This document shows, piece by piece, positions 11,958 through 27,408 of a stretch of DNA of 64,000 bases; the stretch's first letter is position 1; each line of letters opens with the position of its first letter. Source of the DNA: Vitrella brassicaformis CCMP3155 (lineage: Eukaryota; Protista; Chromerida); contig CDMY01000204.1 in assembly GCA_001179505.1 (NCBI GenBank), forward strand, positions 103,761 through 167,760. Direction: 5' to 3'. The translations under genes were made by a program, and so were the position numbers. The notes below the pieces were generated by a model. It had not been told where the DNA came from. It saw only the letters and a program-made list of their open reading frames with translations, and did not search any database.

Positions 11958-13009
11958 ATGCGTGCCCTCATTGTGCTCGTCGCCCTTGCCATCGTGTGCG
12001 TCACGCGTGCGGGCGCGGCTGAACTCAGCAGCTTCACCTTGTTCGACCGAGAGTGGTCTGAGCAGAGTTGCTCTACCTTGCCCCTCGAATCACCCTATCT
12101 CGCGGTTGCCGACGTCAACACTGGAGAAGTTCAACCGGATGAGGGTGGGCGAGCTCAGAAGGATAGGCAGGCTATCCCTGGGCACGTGAGTCTCATCTTG
12201 TGTGTGCGCGTCAGGCTCCATCGGATGTGGCTTTGAGTTCCGCATTGGCAGCGTGTACGCGACCAACATCTTCAGGACAAACGAGCAGAGCATCTCTGAC
12301 GAGCAATTCAAGACTGACCTGCAGGTGAGGGGTCGGTCATGTCTCATGACGTCCACAAGAAAACACGACACTTCCTGTCTGTCTGGCTGCCTACCTGCTT
12401 GCCTGCAGGATATGAGCCCTGAGTTCAGTGAAGAAGTATACGACAAGGTGAGTTACTGCACATGAAGGCGTGTTCGACGACACACATTTGGTGTCCGACG
12501 TGTCCAGTTCGCCGATCTGCATCTCAAGTTTTTCCCCTGGGACTCAGAGAAGATCAAGATGCGCTCCGGGGCCGAGGAGGACCACTGGGAGATAGGTGAG
12601 TCGGAAAGGAAGGAATGCTCGGCACGTATGTCAAGCAGAGACTAAGACGCACTCCCTCTGCCCGTTTGTCTCCAGGAGTAGTAGCCCAAGAGGTTCAGAA
12701 GGTGTTTCCAGGTACTCTTGCACACTCTTGCCGACGTGTGATGGTCTTCTGTCTCTAATTCTTCCTGTCCTAGATGCCGTGCGCACATACGAGGAGGCCA
12801 TTAGGGATGGCGCAAACTCCACCACGACCGAGGTCCATTACGTCAACATGGACTACATGAGCTACCTGCAGATGACCGTAGTCCAGCAGCTGCAGAAGCG
12901 AGTCGAGTCGTTGGAGAAACAGCTGGCCGACATCCAGGCGGAACAGGAGAACGGCTTCATGACCGTGCTCGAGCAGGCCCTCAAGGACTTTAGAGGCGGC
13001 CGCGACTGA
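11958..13009 (+). CDS. Small secreted protein with peptidase S74 / ICA domain and coiled coil, copy 2
   Basis: Signal peptide MRALIVLVALAIVCVTRAGA, passenger, SDEQFKTDLQ (Ser at 12295), LHLKFFPW, EIG|VVAQEVQKVFP|DAV, YVNMDYMSYLQMTVVQQLQKRVESLEKQL. Intron positions largely match copy 1, with one extra intron in the passenger. Confidence 0.82.
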
Positions 13010-13973
13010 GGACTGGCCTTGCTGACTTGGCTGGCTCATACATATGAAAGGTGTGCATCGTGCTCTACGCTGTTTGTCGGAGTGTGTGTGTGTGTGTGTG
13101 CGTGACTCTTTTTCGTCTGCTTCCGTCCTATTCGTTTTTGCAAATGCAACGGAAGGCGACCGCCCTGCTCCCGTGTGCAGAGCGGGCGTGCATTACACGC
13201 AAAACACCCTTGTGTGAACGTGTGTATGCGCGTCCCATTTGCACTGTCTATCGGTGTTTATGTGTTGCACTTGCTCTCTGGTGCGATTTGTGTATCTGCA
13301 TGTGTGTCCGCATGGATGTGATCGTTCATCTCGCTCGGTAGCCAGTGGTGCTTGCAGGCAATGACCTCGCGAGCTGCACATCTGGAATTGCTTGCACACA
13401 CACATCTCCCTCAAGAGAGTTCATGTGGTGGCTGAGTACATGTACATGTTTCTGTCTGCACAAAGGTCATTTGCCCTTTTACGTCTCACCCCATCTGTCC
13501 TCATGTCACTCGCAGGTAAGTGGCTGTCACGTGATGCGTGCTCGCGTGTGCATGTCGATAGATGAGCATACAGGTGATTTGTCCTTCTGAACTTGGCGCC
13601 TGGTGTGTACGGGTGTCTGTGTGACCTGCCGTCTCGGGCGGGTACACAAGAGCGGGCACATCACGTGCACAGACACCACGCCCAAGTCATTTTCACTCCC
13701 ACACGCCCTTTTGTAATTCGGTGTAATTCTTTGGACAACAGATGTGGACGAATTTTGATTTTGATTTAGACATGGATTCTGCTAAATCCTTCCCAAAACT
13801 TTTCTGTCGCCGCGCAGCCTGAACCTCATCACCGGCTGGCAAACGCTTCTCAACACCACGTGCAGTCCGGCTGGACCAGGGGCACATCAAGCGTGGCCGT
13901 GGGTTGGCTGAACATTGTTGCTGCTTCGATACTGTAATGACGGACGTCCTCGACCGGTAGTGAGCATACGTAT
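12920..13973 (+). repeat. Near-identical duplicated segment B (last codons of S74 gene 2 plus about 1 kb downstream)
   Basis: Direct repeat of 10740-11804. Confidence 0.95.
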
Positions 13974-14690
13974 TCGGACGGTTCAACGTAAATATGTGTA
14001 TTCCATCGCCTAAATCCGCGGTGCAAGTTCATTACATGATTTATTTATTCATTCATCAGCCCATCATCCACACTATACCTGCACACTCGCAGGGGCACTG
14101 AACATGTAAGATAAGACGCGCCTGCCTGCTTGTCTTCTTGTAGGTGTCTGCCGTGGCAAAATACTGGCGGGCAACCAGACACTGACAAATGACTGACCCA
14201 GACGAGCAATGAGACACGAAGGCGCATTGTCACTGAGAGCGTGTAGAGCGTCTTTGAATGGCTTGTAATGTCATGTCATTATCCATGTCTCCTCCTGCCC
14301 AGAGCTAGGATGGAAGAAGGCCAGCGCATCCAGAAAAGACCAAAACACACTCATTCAGTATTTGTGTATGATGGCTGTACATGCGTTCAGAGTGTGACAA
14401 GCCGCCTCCACGCACGAGAAGTACGCCGAGGGAAAGACGTGAGCTGACGCTGAGGCAAGGGCCGGTGAAAAGAGGCGGGAAAGAGGGAGGACAAGTCTTG
14501 GGAGGGCATGCGGATGATTGGATGAGTGGACACCTGGATGCCCTCTCCTGCTGCACGAAACTGTCGGGATGTGGATCGTTCTGGAGGGGGATGACCGCTT
14601 CTTGGGGCCTTCTGCCGAAGGTCGCGAAAAAGCGAAAAACGCGAAAAAGCAAGTACTGGGTCGCGCGCGACCGGCTCCTGTGTCGCTGGG

Positions 14691-14990
14691 NNNNNNNNNN
14701 NNNNNNNNNNNNNNNNNNNNNNNNNNNNNNNNNNNNNNNNNNNNNNNNNNNNNNNNNNNNNNNNNNNNNNNNNNNNNNNNNNNNNNNNNNNNNNNNNNNN
14801 NNNNNNNNNNNNNNNNNNNNNNNNNNNNNNNNNNNNNNNNNNNNNNNNNNNNNNNNNNNNNNNNNNNNNNNNNNNNNNNNNNNNNNNNNNNNNNNNNNNN
14901 NNNNNNNNNNNNNNNNNNNNNNNNNNNNNNNNNNNNNNNNNNNNNNNNNNNNNNNNNNNNNNNNNNNNNNNNNNNNNNNNNNNNNNNNNN
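14691..14990. other. Assembly gap (300 N)
   Basis: Run of N. Confidence 1.
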
Positions 14991-16098
14991 GGGGTAGCTC
15001 AGATCCTCCCCGACCAAATAAACAAGAAGCGGGGGTCCACTTGTACTCGCCGAGAATCTTGACATGTGAGGCCCCTTGCACGAACATGAACTTTCACAGA
15101 GCCAGGCCATAAGGATGGACAGATGGAGAGGGAGGGAGGGATGTGTCATCGTTCCAGAAGAATTCCACGGTCTGCGGGTTGCCTGTGCCTGCACACACCA
15201 AACCAGACACACAGATACTGCCATGGAGGATGCATGTGCTGCTGTGGATCTGGCCCTCCAGGATTCTTGACCCCTCCAACAACTAAGACGTGTTACGAGG
15301 TGGCATTTTGAGCCGAATGAGAGAATGTGACTCCGTTCTGCACCAGATTGTCTCACATCGCTTGTTTGATTCCAAAAAGAGTGGGTACCCGTGGTGAGAT
15401 TCTGTCCCTTTTGGTTGTTAAAAAGGTCTCGGACATTCATTTTGTGTGGCCATGGCTGAGATGAGAGACACGACACGAATATAGTCCTTGACACACACCC
15501 GCTATCGCACAGTCTCATGCATGCAGTCAAGTGCGACTCAGTACAGACATGAATATCCCCGTACATCCGGGCTTTCCCCCTTGTTCGATTTTCTTTGTAA
15601 CATCGAACAAGGGCACGACCGAGAAGTCAAGCTGGCAGAACGCCTATGGCATTTGGTTGGCTGTAATACATACGAAAAACATGCACCGCTGAGATGGCCC
15701 GCATCGTGCACATATGGACCGAAGATAAAAGGGAAATTCACAGAGCATCAACACTGGCTCACTCGAGACGCACTCTTGCATGAACACCTCAAAAATTGGT
15801 GGGGGACCTAAAGGAAAGGCCTCACCTCCACCTTTTATATAACCAGGACATGATAACCAAGACAAGTGGAAGCAGGCGGTGACAGAAAAGACCATAAGAG
15901 CCTTAAATCCGCACAGTCATTCGCAACAAATATACGCATTTGTGCATCCGCATTGAAAGATGGCCAAAGCAAAGTAATGGAATAGGTAAAAAAATATACA
16001 AAGAACCCACCCACGAAAGAGAGCGATCCACGCATGTGCGATCCGCACCTAGATGAATGCCCGCATTAACAAATAGACAGAGAATGCAGTCACGTCAG

Positions 16099-17620
16099 TC
16101 ACGTGCAGGCGGGGGAGGTGACGACGCTCGAGTAGGCCATGACGGAGTCGTCATCGGCCAGCGCCACCACCTGGAAAAACAGGCACTGCGAGCGGCCCGC
16201 ATCGACAGCCACCCAGTGCTCAAACCGCGTCCTCGTCACCGTTTCAAGATACTCGCCGACATTGTCGGCGACCAACCCCTGCATGACCCGCCACTTGGCC
16301 ACATTGGTGGCGCCGTTCCAGCTGAAGTGCAGCTGCAACAGGCCATCCGTGTTGTCGTCGTCGAGCAGTGCGACGGGCTGCCACGTGGGCCGGCCCGTCC
16401 AGGGGGCCTTGACGCTCCGATAGCTGTGATAGGGGCCATCCCACCTCAGACTCACCAACCAGCTTCCGGATGGGCTCGTCTGATCCACACAGGCGTGCAA
16501 AGGAGACGGAGGAATCACGACACAGATGCAATAGACGGCAATGGATGCAATGCAACTCGTCTCTATTGTCTATGAACGGACATACCTCCGCATAGAATGG
16601 GTTGCCGACGACGTTTTCCTCCTGCATTGATGTGAAGACGCGTGTGCATCGTCGTTGTCTTTTCGTGACAGCGGGTCTGACCTGTATTTGCTGGTCGTTG
16701 GGATTGAACTCGTCTGGGACGTCGAAGCCCAAGCACACGGCTCTGTTGCCGTTGTCGAGGCGGCGGTAGCTGCCCTTGGCGTAGGCGCGCATGCCGCTGT
16801 CCCACATGCTCTCGACGCGGGCGACCGTCGGCGTGCCGTCGCCATCGAATTCCAGCGCGTAGTCCATTGCCCTCGCGTGGGTGTCTCCTGTGCGGACGGC
16901 ATTGTCGAAGAGCGTGATGATGTCGCCGCCGAGGTCGCGCGCGTCGTGCTGGGCGGCGAACTGACCATTCGGGTCGCCAACTATCTCGAACGAGCTACGC
17001 TTTCCGCCGAGACGCCACAAGACTGCACCAGTGGTCCTGGATGAAGAGGAGAGAGAACCATGTGGTAGCAACGGCGCAAGAGGGAGGAAGCAACGACCAT
17101 TCGTACCTGTCGATNNNNNNNNNNNNNNNNNNNNNNNNNNNNNNNNNNNNNNNNNNNNNNNNNNNNNNNNNNNNNNNNNNNNNNNNNNNNNNNNNNNNNN
17201 NNNNNNNNNNNNNNNNNNNNNNNNNNNNNNNNNNNNNNNNNNNNNNNNNNNNNNNNNNNNNNNNNNNNNNNNNNNNNNNNNNNNNNNNNNNNNNNNNNNN
17301 NNNNNNNNNNNNNNNNNNNNNNNNNNNNNNNNNNNNNNNNNNNNNNNNNNNNNNNNNNNNNNNNNNNNNNNNNNNNNNNNNNNNNNNNNNNNNNNNNNNN
17401 NNNNNNNNNNNNNNAGGCAAGGTCAGACAGCAGGGATGTGCAGCTGCACATAAGCAAGAGGCAAGAGCTACGAACAAAATTTCCCTCTCCCATAATATGG
17501 TGCGTCCACCGACACGAAGAGAAGCGGAAGCCGTTAATCTGGCCAGGGTCAGTCTGGCCAAGTTCGCTGGCCATTCTGGCAGGTGTGCGGCAGGAGATCC
17601 TCGGTGCAGGATATGATCCC
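16099..17620 (-). CDS. Arylsulfotransferase (ASST-like, Arylsulfotran_2 family) protein, paralog 1; 5' part interrupted by gap, start unresolved
   Basis: IDR|TTGAVLWRLGGKRSSF, FAAQHDAR, ITLFDN, GSYRRLDNGN, SYRSVKAPWTGRPT, LHFSWNGATNVAKWRV, RTRFEH, FQVVALADDDSVMAYSSVV. These are typical of the fungal/actinobacterial-type ASST family. Confidence 0.82.
17115..17414. other. Assembly gap (300 N)
   Basis: Run of N. Confidence 1.
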
Positions 17621-18089
17621 TAGTGCATGCTTGTGTTTCCTGGCCGATCGGCCGACTCTGCCGTCTCAATCAATGCGACACACGGAGTTTGTGAGTACAG
17701 GTACCTCAACAAAAGAGGACCAAGGCAGCCACGTGTGCGTCTGTGGGTGTGTGGTGAGGGCGTGGGATGTGGGTTGGTCTTTATGTTCGCGCTTTATGAA
17801 GATTGCCGTCCAATGATTTCCGTCGCAAAAATCATCGCGAGAAAGGGTCGTGCACATCAACGAGACAGAACCCACACCCCTCGTGCCATGCATCTGTACA
17901 TCACCGCTGGAAGCAACGCAGCGCTCCCTCGCATCAGCCACGGGAGCAACAATCACCACATAGAGTCCGAACAACGCTGTGGCGAGTAGAAAGCAGGGCG
18001 TACACGTAACCCAAGCGGCAACGGCAACCCCAAACGTGCAGTAACGTGCAAGGCTACATATTCATCCGCACACGTGCACGCGCGTAAGT

Positions 18090-19370
18090 CTATCTTACGG
18101 GGGGCCCTCCGAAGTACGGTGGCATGGGGAGGTAGGGGACGGGGAACGTGGAAGAGGGGCGGTGTGGGTGAGGGATGGGCGGGGGCATCGCCACAGGAGG
18201 GTTGGGGGGGGCTGGGGGGACAGGTGCCGCCGTCTTCTTGCCATCCCTCGTACCTCTCCCTGCTGAGCTGCTATAGGTCGACAGAATCGAATCCACACAC
18301 ATCCTGCAGTAATAACCAACACAGCAGCCCCTATGTGAACAAGCTCTTTGTAACACAGCAAGCAGTGTGCTTCCAGCACTTGAAGGACTTAATGGACGTC
18401 TGACAGACGGACAGACAGACAGATAGAGTGTGAGTAGTGTTTTCGATTTGGACCGACATGCTTGTGTGCAAGTGGGCCCACCTGATCGTTCTGCAGAAGG
18501 CTCTCGAGCTCTGCCCTCTTTGACTGGTCTATTCCCATGTCCTGGACAAACTCATCGCCCATCGACAAATATCGAGTCGCCTCGGATATCCTGCATACGC
18601 ATGCACACTGCATACACACAGTCCATCCCGTGCAAGCCCCACCTCGGCTGGCTCCAGTCGACCATTTTGCAGAGCTCGTTGATCTTGCCGCCCTGCATGG
18701 CCTGCATCCTCTTGACGGCCTCGATCTTCCGGCGCCAGTCACCGATAGTGCTGCAACGCTGCTTGCGACGGTTGGCCGTGACGGACAGCGGAGCATCGGG
18801 ATAGCCGGATGCCTCTGAGGCATGGGGGGCGCGTGATCCGTGCTGGATGCCCCCAGACGCCACGCCGTTCAGCAGCTGGACCTGCACAGTGAAATACATT
18901 CGGGTGTACGCCTAGCTGTCTGGATCTTCATTAGGTTGTCACCGGGTACCTCGTAGAGGAATAGCCTGAGCGAGACGTCTGCGTTTGGATCCTTGATGAT
19001 TTGCAGCGGCAGCCACTTCATCCTGATGCTCGAGGGGCTGTCGAAGGGCAGGTGACCGATGCAGTACATGCAGTGCCGGCCAGACGGGGAGCGCTCGATG
19101 TAAACATCGAAACAACCTGTGTGGGCAGATAGCATGAGTGAGTGACGCAACCATTCCTCCCGCTACATCTCCTTCCTGTTCGCTCTGGTGGATACCTGCC
19201 CTGAGTCGCGGGAAGTGCTCCTGTATGGTGTTGAAGCAGTCATGTGCGTAGGCATGGAGCACCTTCATGGAGCTGTGCCGCACGCGGACATGCGCAGCCA
19301 GTTTGGACGCCTTCACCGTTGCCGAGTCCTTGCTGTCGGAAAGCAGGATCAGCTCGAGGATCACCTTCAT
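18090..19370 (-). CDS. Hypothetical multi-exon protein with Pro-rich C-terminus
   Basis: Open exons MKVILELILLSDSKDS..., GCFDVYIERSPSGRHCMYCIGHLPF..., ...RRKQRCSTIGDWRRKIEAVKRMQ..., bounded by GT-AG. Ends PPYFGGPPVR*. No family recognised. Confidence 0.55.
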
Positions 19371-19537
19371 CCCTCTACCTCACCACGGGCACAAGAGAGG
19401 TGTGCCCTCATCATCTTTGTTGATTCGCTTTCATCACTTTTTTGGATTGCGAGCTTCGCCCTTCCCTTAGATTCCTCGTTCTCCAGCCCCAGCCAAAGCA
19501 AGAGATCTGCGGCTGAGTGGCTGTCGGGGAGAGAGCC

Positions 19538-23248
<3,711 letters not shown>

Positions 23249-23623
23249 TATGAGGGTGATCGTGCGCCACCCACGGTTGGAATGCCGATAAGATGACCTC
23301 TGACTCTAGCTCGGTGCATGTTGCGCGTTGGGCTTACAAGTGTTTGTGTTCATTCAAACGCAACGCAAATTAACCCACCCATGATCCGCGTCTCGTGGCC
23401 AGTCCATGGCCAGCTGTCAGGCCAGGATCACGGCCGTCTCTCCAGCAAAGGTTCACTGAATGAATTGACAGTGACTCATCATTGATTCATTACTTGACTC
23501 ACACTCGTGTGACTCGACTGATGCCGTTTCTAGGCGTCATGCGTGCCGTCAAAGCGGCAGCGGTTTCAGGGAGCACCTTAACCTGTGAGCAACTCTGATT
23601 CGTTTTAAGAGACGCCAGGGAGG

Positions 23624-26389
23624 ATGGACAAAGCGGAAGGGAGCTGCAATAGCACGGATCCCCATGAACTCCCTCAGGTCGCATCGGGGAGTCGACGAGC
23701 GGCCAAGAGAGGGAAATACCCGCGGGCGAAGCGCACGCCTTGGTGGATGAAGGTAAAAGGAAAAAGAAAAGCAAAAGGAGGATGTGAGAGATTCATTGTT
23801 CAGAAGAAGCAAGAGGAGCGAATGAAGAGGAAGGCCAACAGCGGGGGAGATGAGCCTCAGGCAGACCAGGAGGAGGAACAACAAAAGGAGGAGGACGGTC
23901 CGCCATCGAAGCGGCAGAAGAAGTGGCAAGGGTTTCAGGTAGTGCAGAAGCGACAAGCAGATCCGGTTCGTTGACGCACATTCGTTGGTACCTTACTCCT
24001 CCTGGCAGAAAGTCGAGGTTGGTCCATCAAGGCCGCGATGGCGAAAATTCCCAATGGCCCTCGTGCTAGGCTATGTGGGCACCGGTCAGTCAGCCATGCA
24101 GCCAGTGCCTTCGTTCGTTGCCGTCTGAACGACTGCATTCTTCCTCTGTGTCCCATGTGAATGCTCAGAGTATCACGGCCTGCAAAAGTGAGAGGCAGGA
24201 TCAGAGGACGGACGATTGACTAGATGACGAACACGCATTGTATGTCTGTGTGTAGGCAGGTGGATGCGTCGACCAACACAGAAAGGGTGCGAACTATCGA
24301 GGGCGTCCTGGAGAAGTGCCTACACGAGTACAGATTCGCCCTAAGTTAAAGACACGCCCCACCCTGGTATCTGCGTGTCAGGTGTGAGGGCATCGCGGAT
24401 GACGACTTCGGCTACCTGCAGAAGGCAAGAAGACAGCGAGTGGCAACAGTTGCTGTCGGTTAACGTCACATACATCACGGCAATTTTGCTGTCTGTAGAT
24501 CAAGTGGACGCGCGTCGGTCGCACTGACAAGGGCGTCCACGCAGGTGGGGAGGCTGCCATACGCATCCACATGACAGGTGTGATAGATTCTCTTGCCCGT
24601 TTGTCTGCAGCGTGCCAAGTGGTCGGTCTGCTGTTGCGCCTTCCTCTAACGGACGAGGAGAAGGCCGAAAGAGACGAAAGATACCGCAAACACAAAGGTC
24701 AGTCGAAAACCACTTGTTGGCAATGGCAGGCAGGCCAGCCTCCTTTTGACAGTTCTCACTTCTGTATGTCGACTGAGAAGAGAGAGAATATGGGGAGGGA
24801 GAGGGAAGCCTCGCTGGCTGCGGGTGGTCGAAAGCACGTGACATCACCCACCGAAACGCGGGGAACACTCACGGACCAAAAGCATTGTTCCCGTTCTCTT
24901 GTGTGCAGAGTTGGCCGATGGAGTGAGTGACGAGCGAACAAAGAACGGAGGCGACGGGCAGGTTGACGAGCAAGCCGAGCCAGAAGAGGAGCAGAACGAA
25001 TCCAACGAGACAAAGATGGCCAGGATTGCGGTCAGGAAAGAGCTCTTCTTGAAGCGACTCAACGACAAGCTGCCCCCGGACATGAAGGCTTTAGGTCAGA
25101 CGGACAGAGGATCATGGATGAGTGAGTGTTCCGTTTGTTTGCTCCATCCACGTAACCGTCTTCCGTCAGGTCTGTTCAAGGTCACGAAGGGCTTCGACGC
25201 CCGCGTGCAGTGTTTGAGACGCCGGTACATGTATGTCTTTCCTGGCTACGCGCTGGCGCCGGTGACGGTCAAGTCGACCTACAGGGCAGCATATGAGGGC
25301 ACAGGTGACCTCCCTGCCGCACAGAATGACCTGGATGACGCACAAGACGAGACTGAGGATAGCTACAAGCCCCCCGTGTGGATAGACAACACCCAGGAGA
25401 ACTTCGAGCCGACGGACGAGGACGTGGTATGCGATGGCACGGACAAATACTGTTTTGTTTCTCCCACTGACACATAATATTGTTTCTCTGCGCTAGTAGG
25501 CACGTTTCGAGAGGATCATGAAGGAGTACGAGGGGACGCACGACTTTTACAATTTCACGTCGAGAATAGAGGCAAGCGACCCGTCGACCAAACGATATAT
25601 CGAGAAAATATCGGTAAGGCGGGTTCTTCAACAGAACGTGGTAGCCGGTGCGTGGCTGTGTTCTTCTCAGGTCCATCGCGAGACAATCGAAGGTCAGTCG
25701 TTCCTCTGCGTGACCCTTGTTGGGCAGTCGTTCCTGTTGAACCAAATACGGAAGCTCATCGGTCAGGCAGGAGAAAGGCATACACATCACACAAACGCAC
25801 ATGTTCGGCGAACGCGTGCGGCAGGTTTGGCATTGGAAGTAATCCGCGGTTCTGCTGCTAGTGATTCGATCCGACTGAGTCTGTCGACCAAGACCAAGAT
25901 GTTCATCCACCTGGCGCCCGGAGAGGGCCTGTTCCTCGAAAGGGTACTTGCATCCAGCAAAGCACCCCCACTTTCAGTTTCAAACCTGCGGGTGCACTGC
26001 AGGCATTCTACGAAGGTTATAATCGTCGGCTTGTAGGCGAAGGCACGTCGGAACCAGTTCAATGGGAAAATCTGGAGGTATCGCCACGACAGTCTCCCGT
26101 GGACATCATTCGTGACACGTGTTTCCTATTTCTGTCTGTGTGTGGACACCAGCCTGCAATCGAAGCTTTCAAGAGGGACACGATCTTCAAAGAGATCGCC
26201 AAGGCGGCGCGGGATGGAGCGTAAGCAAGCATCAGACACGTGACCCTGGACAGCTCCTCCTTTTCTGGTGGTGCTCAGGTGGCATCACTGGCTGGAGGAG
26301 ATCAATTGGCATCCGTTTTTCTCGGAAAATTACGGGCCAGTCTCGAGTATGCGATCGAGGCAGAGAGAGGCAGACAAGGGAAACGATAA
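23624..26389 (+). CDS. PUS1: tRNA pseudouridine synthase TruA/PUS1 family
   Basis: MALVLGYVGT|YHGLQK, TIEGVLEKCL, catalytic RTDKGVHA, LNDKLPPD, FDARVQCLRRRYMYVFP, YEGTHDFYNFT, GQSFLLNQIRKLIG, APGEGLFLE. Confidence 0.95.
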
Positions 26390-27408
26390 GTAGCAGGTCA
26401 GTCAGTACGTGGGCGTCTGTGAGTGTCTCAAGAGAGTGTTTTGGCTTCCTGTTTCTGAATTGTTTGACGCATCGTCGTGTGGAAGACATCAGACTGTATG
26501 ACAATGAAATCAGTCTGGGTCCGTCTCATCCTGTTCGCCACGCATGCGCACACGTCACCACAAAACCACATGGCATGTCACACTTCACAGACAGACAGAC
26601 AGACAGACAGACAGATAGACAGGCAGACAGATCACACGACTTTCAAGTCAGAAGTGTGACAGGCGTAGGTCAGGCGAGGCATCGTCCCTGGCTTATACTT
26701 GAGCGATCTCTTTCCTTGTTCAATGCACTGTATGAAGGAGGAAAAAAGACACACGCCATATCTCACTAGAGGTGCACGTCAGAGCGATCGAATTGACAAG
26801 CTCACAACATTGCTTATCGGTAGGCAGTCATTCATCTCAGTTGTCACTGAAACCTAAGCGTCGTGACAACAACGCCAACAATCGACCTGTGCGTACACGT
26901 CTGTACTGTACGTGTCGATAAATGTTCCTCTCACTCTCACTTCTCGCTTGCTCCCCCGCCTATGCACTTCTCCGCTCTCGACACACACACGCGCACCAGT
27001 GAAACTTACGGAACTACATGCCAACTCAATCTGTGAGTGGCACCCTTCTTTCACCACCACGATAGTGCAGTGTCAGGAAAAACGCAGTTTTACATTTATG
27101 ATGCCTTTCTCCTGCCTCGCAACATGTACCGAGGTACCTTACCAAGCAACTCACTCAGTCACTAGGGTAAGCAAAGACACACACACGCACGCACACACAC
27201 ACCCGACAGCGAGCACACTTGAGACATGCATCCCCGTCCCTCCTGGTTTTAAAACATGAGCGTTACGCAGCCCGGGGATCGCATCTCTGCGCTTGGCTGA
27301 TGAGCGCTGCGCCAGCAATACGAACCTCCCCTTCGCCTCGCCTTCGCAAAGTGAACAGCAGCGACAGTGGGCTCGGCCCTCCGGGCCTCGCCTTCGTGTC
27401 TCGCCGTG

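Noticed and set aside
14991-15010. GGGGTAGCTCAG resembling a tRNA 5' end
   Set aside because: No anticodon arm, T-loop (GTTCRA) or acceptor pairing downstream; it abuts a gap.
14991-15900. Possible spliced minus-strand gene fragments (e.g. CQLDFSVVPLFDVTKKIEQGG, PWPHKMNVRDLFNNQKG)
   Set aside because: No consistent exon chain or recognisable family could be built; left unannotated.
14305-17669. Long ORFs in the track spanning N runs (also 32530-33510, 40265-40684, 45181-45492)
   Set aside because: Lengths are artefacts of translating N as X.
26581-26630. (CAGA)n and similar microsatellites (also 9040-9075, 28520-28590)
   Set aside because: Ordinary intronic or intergenic simple repeats.
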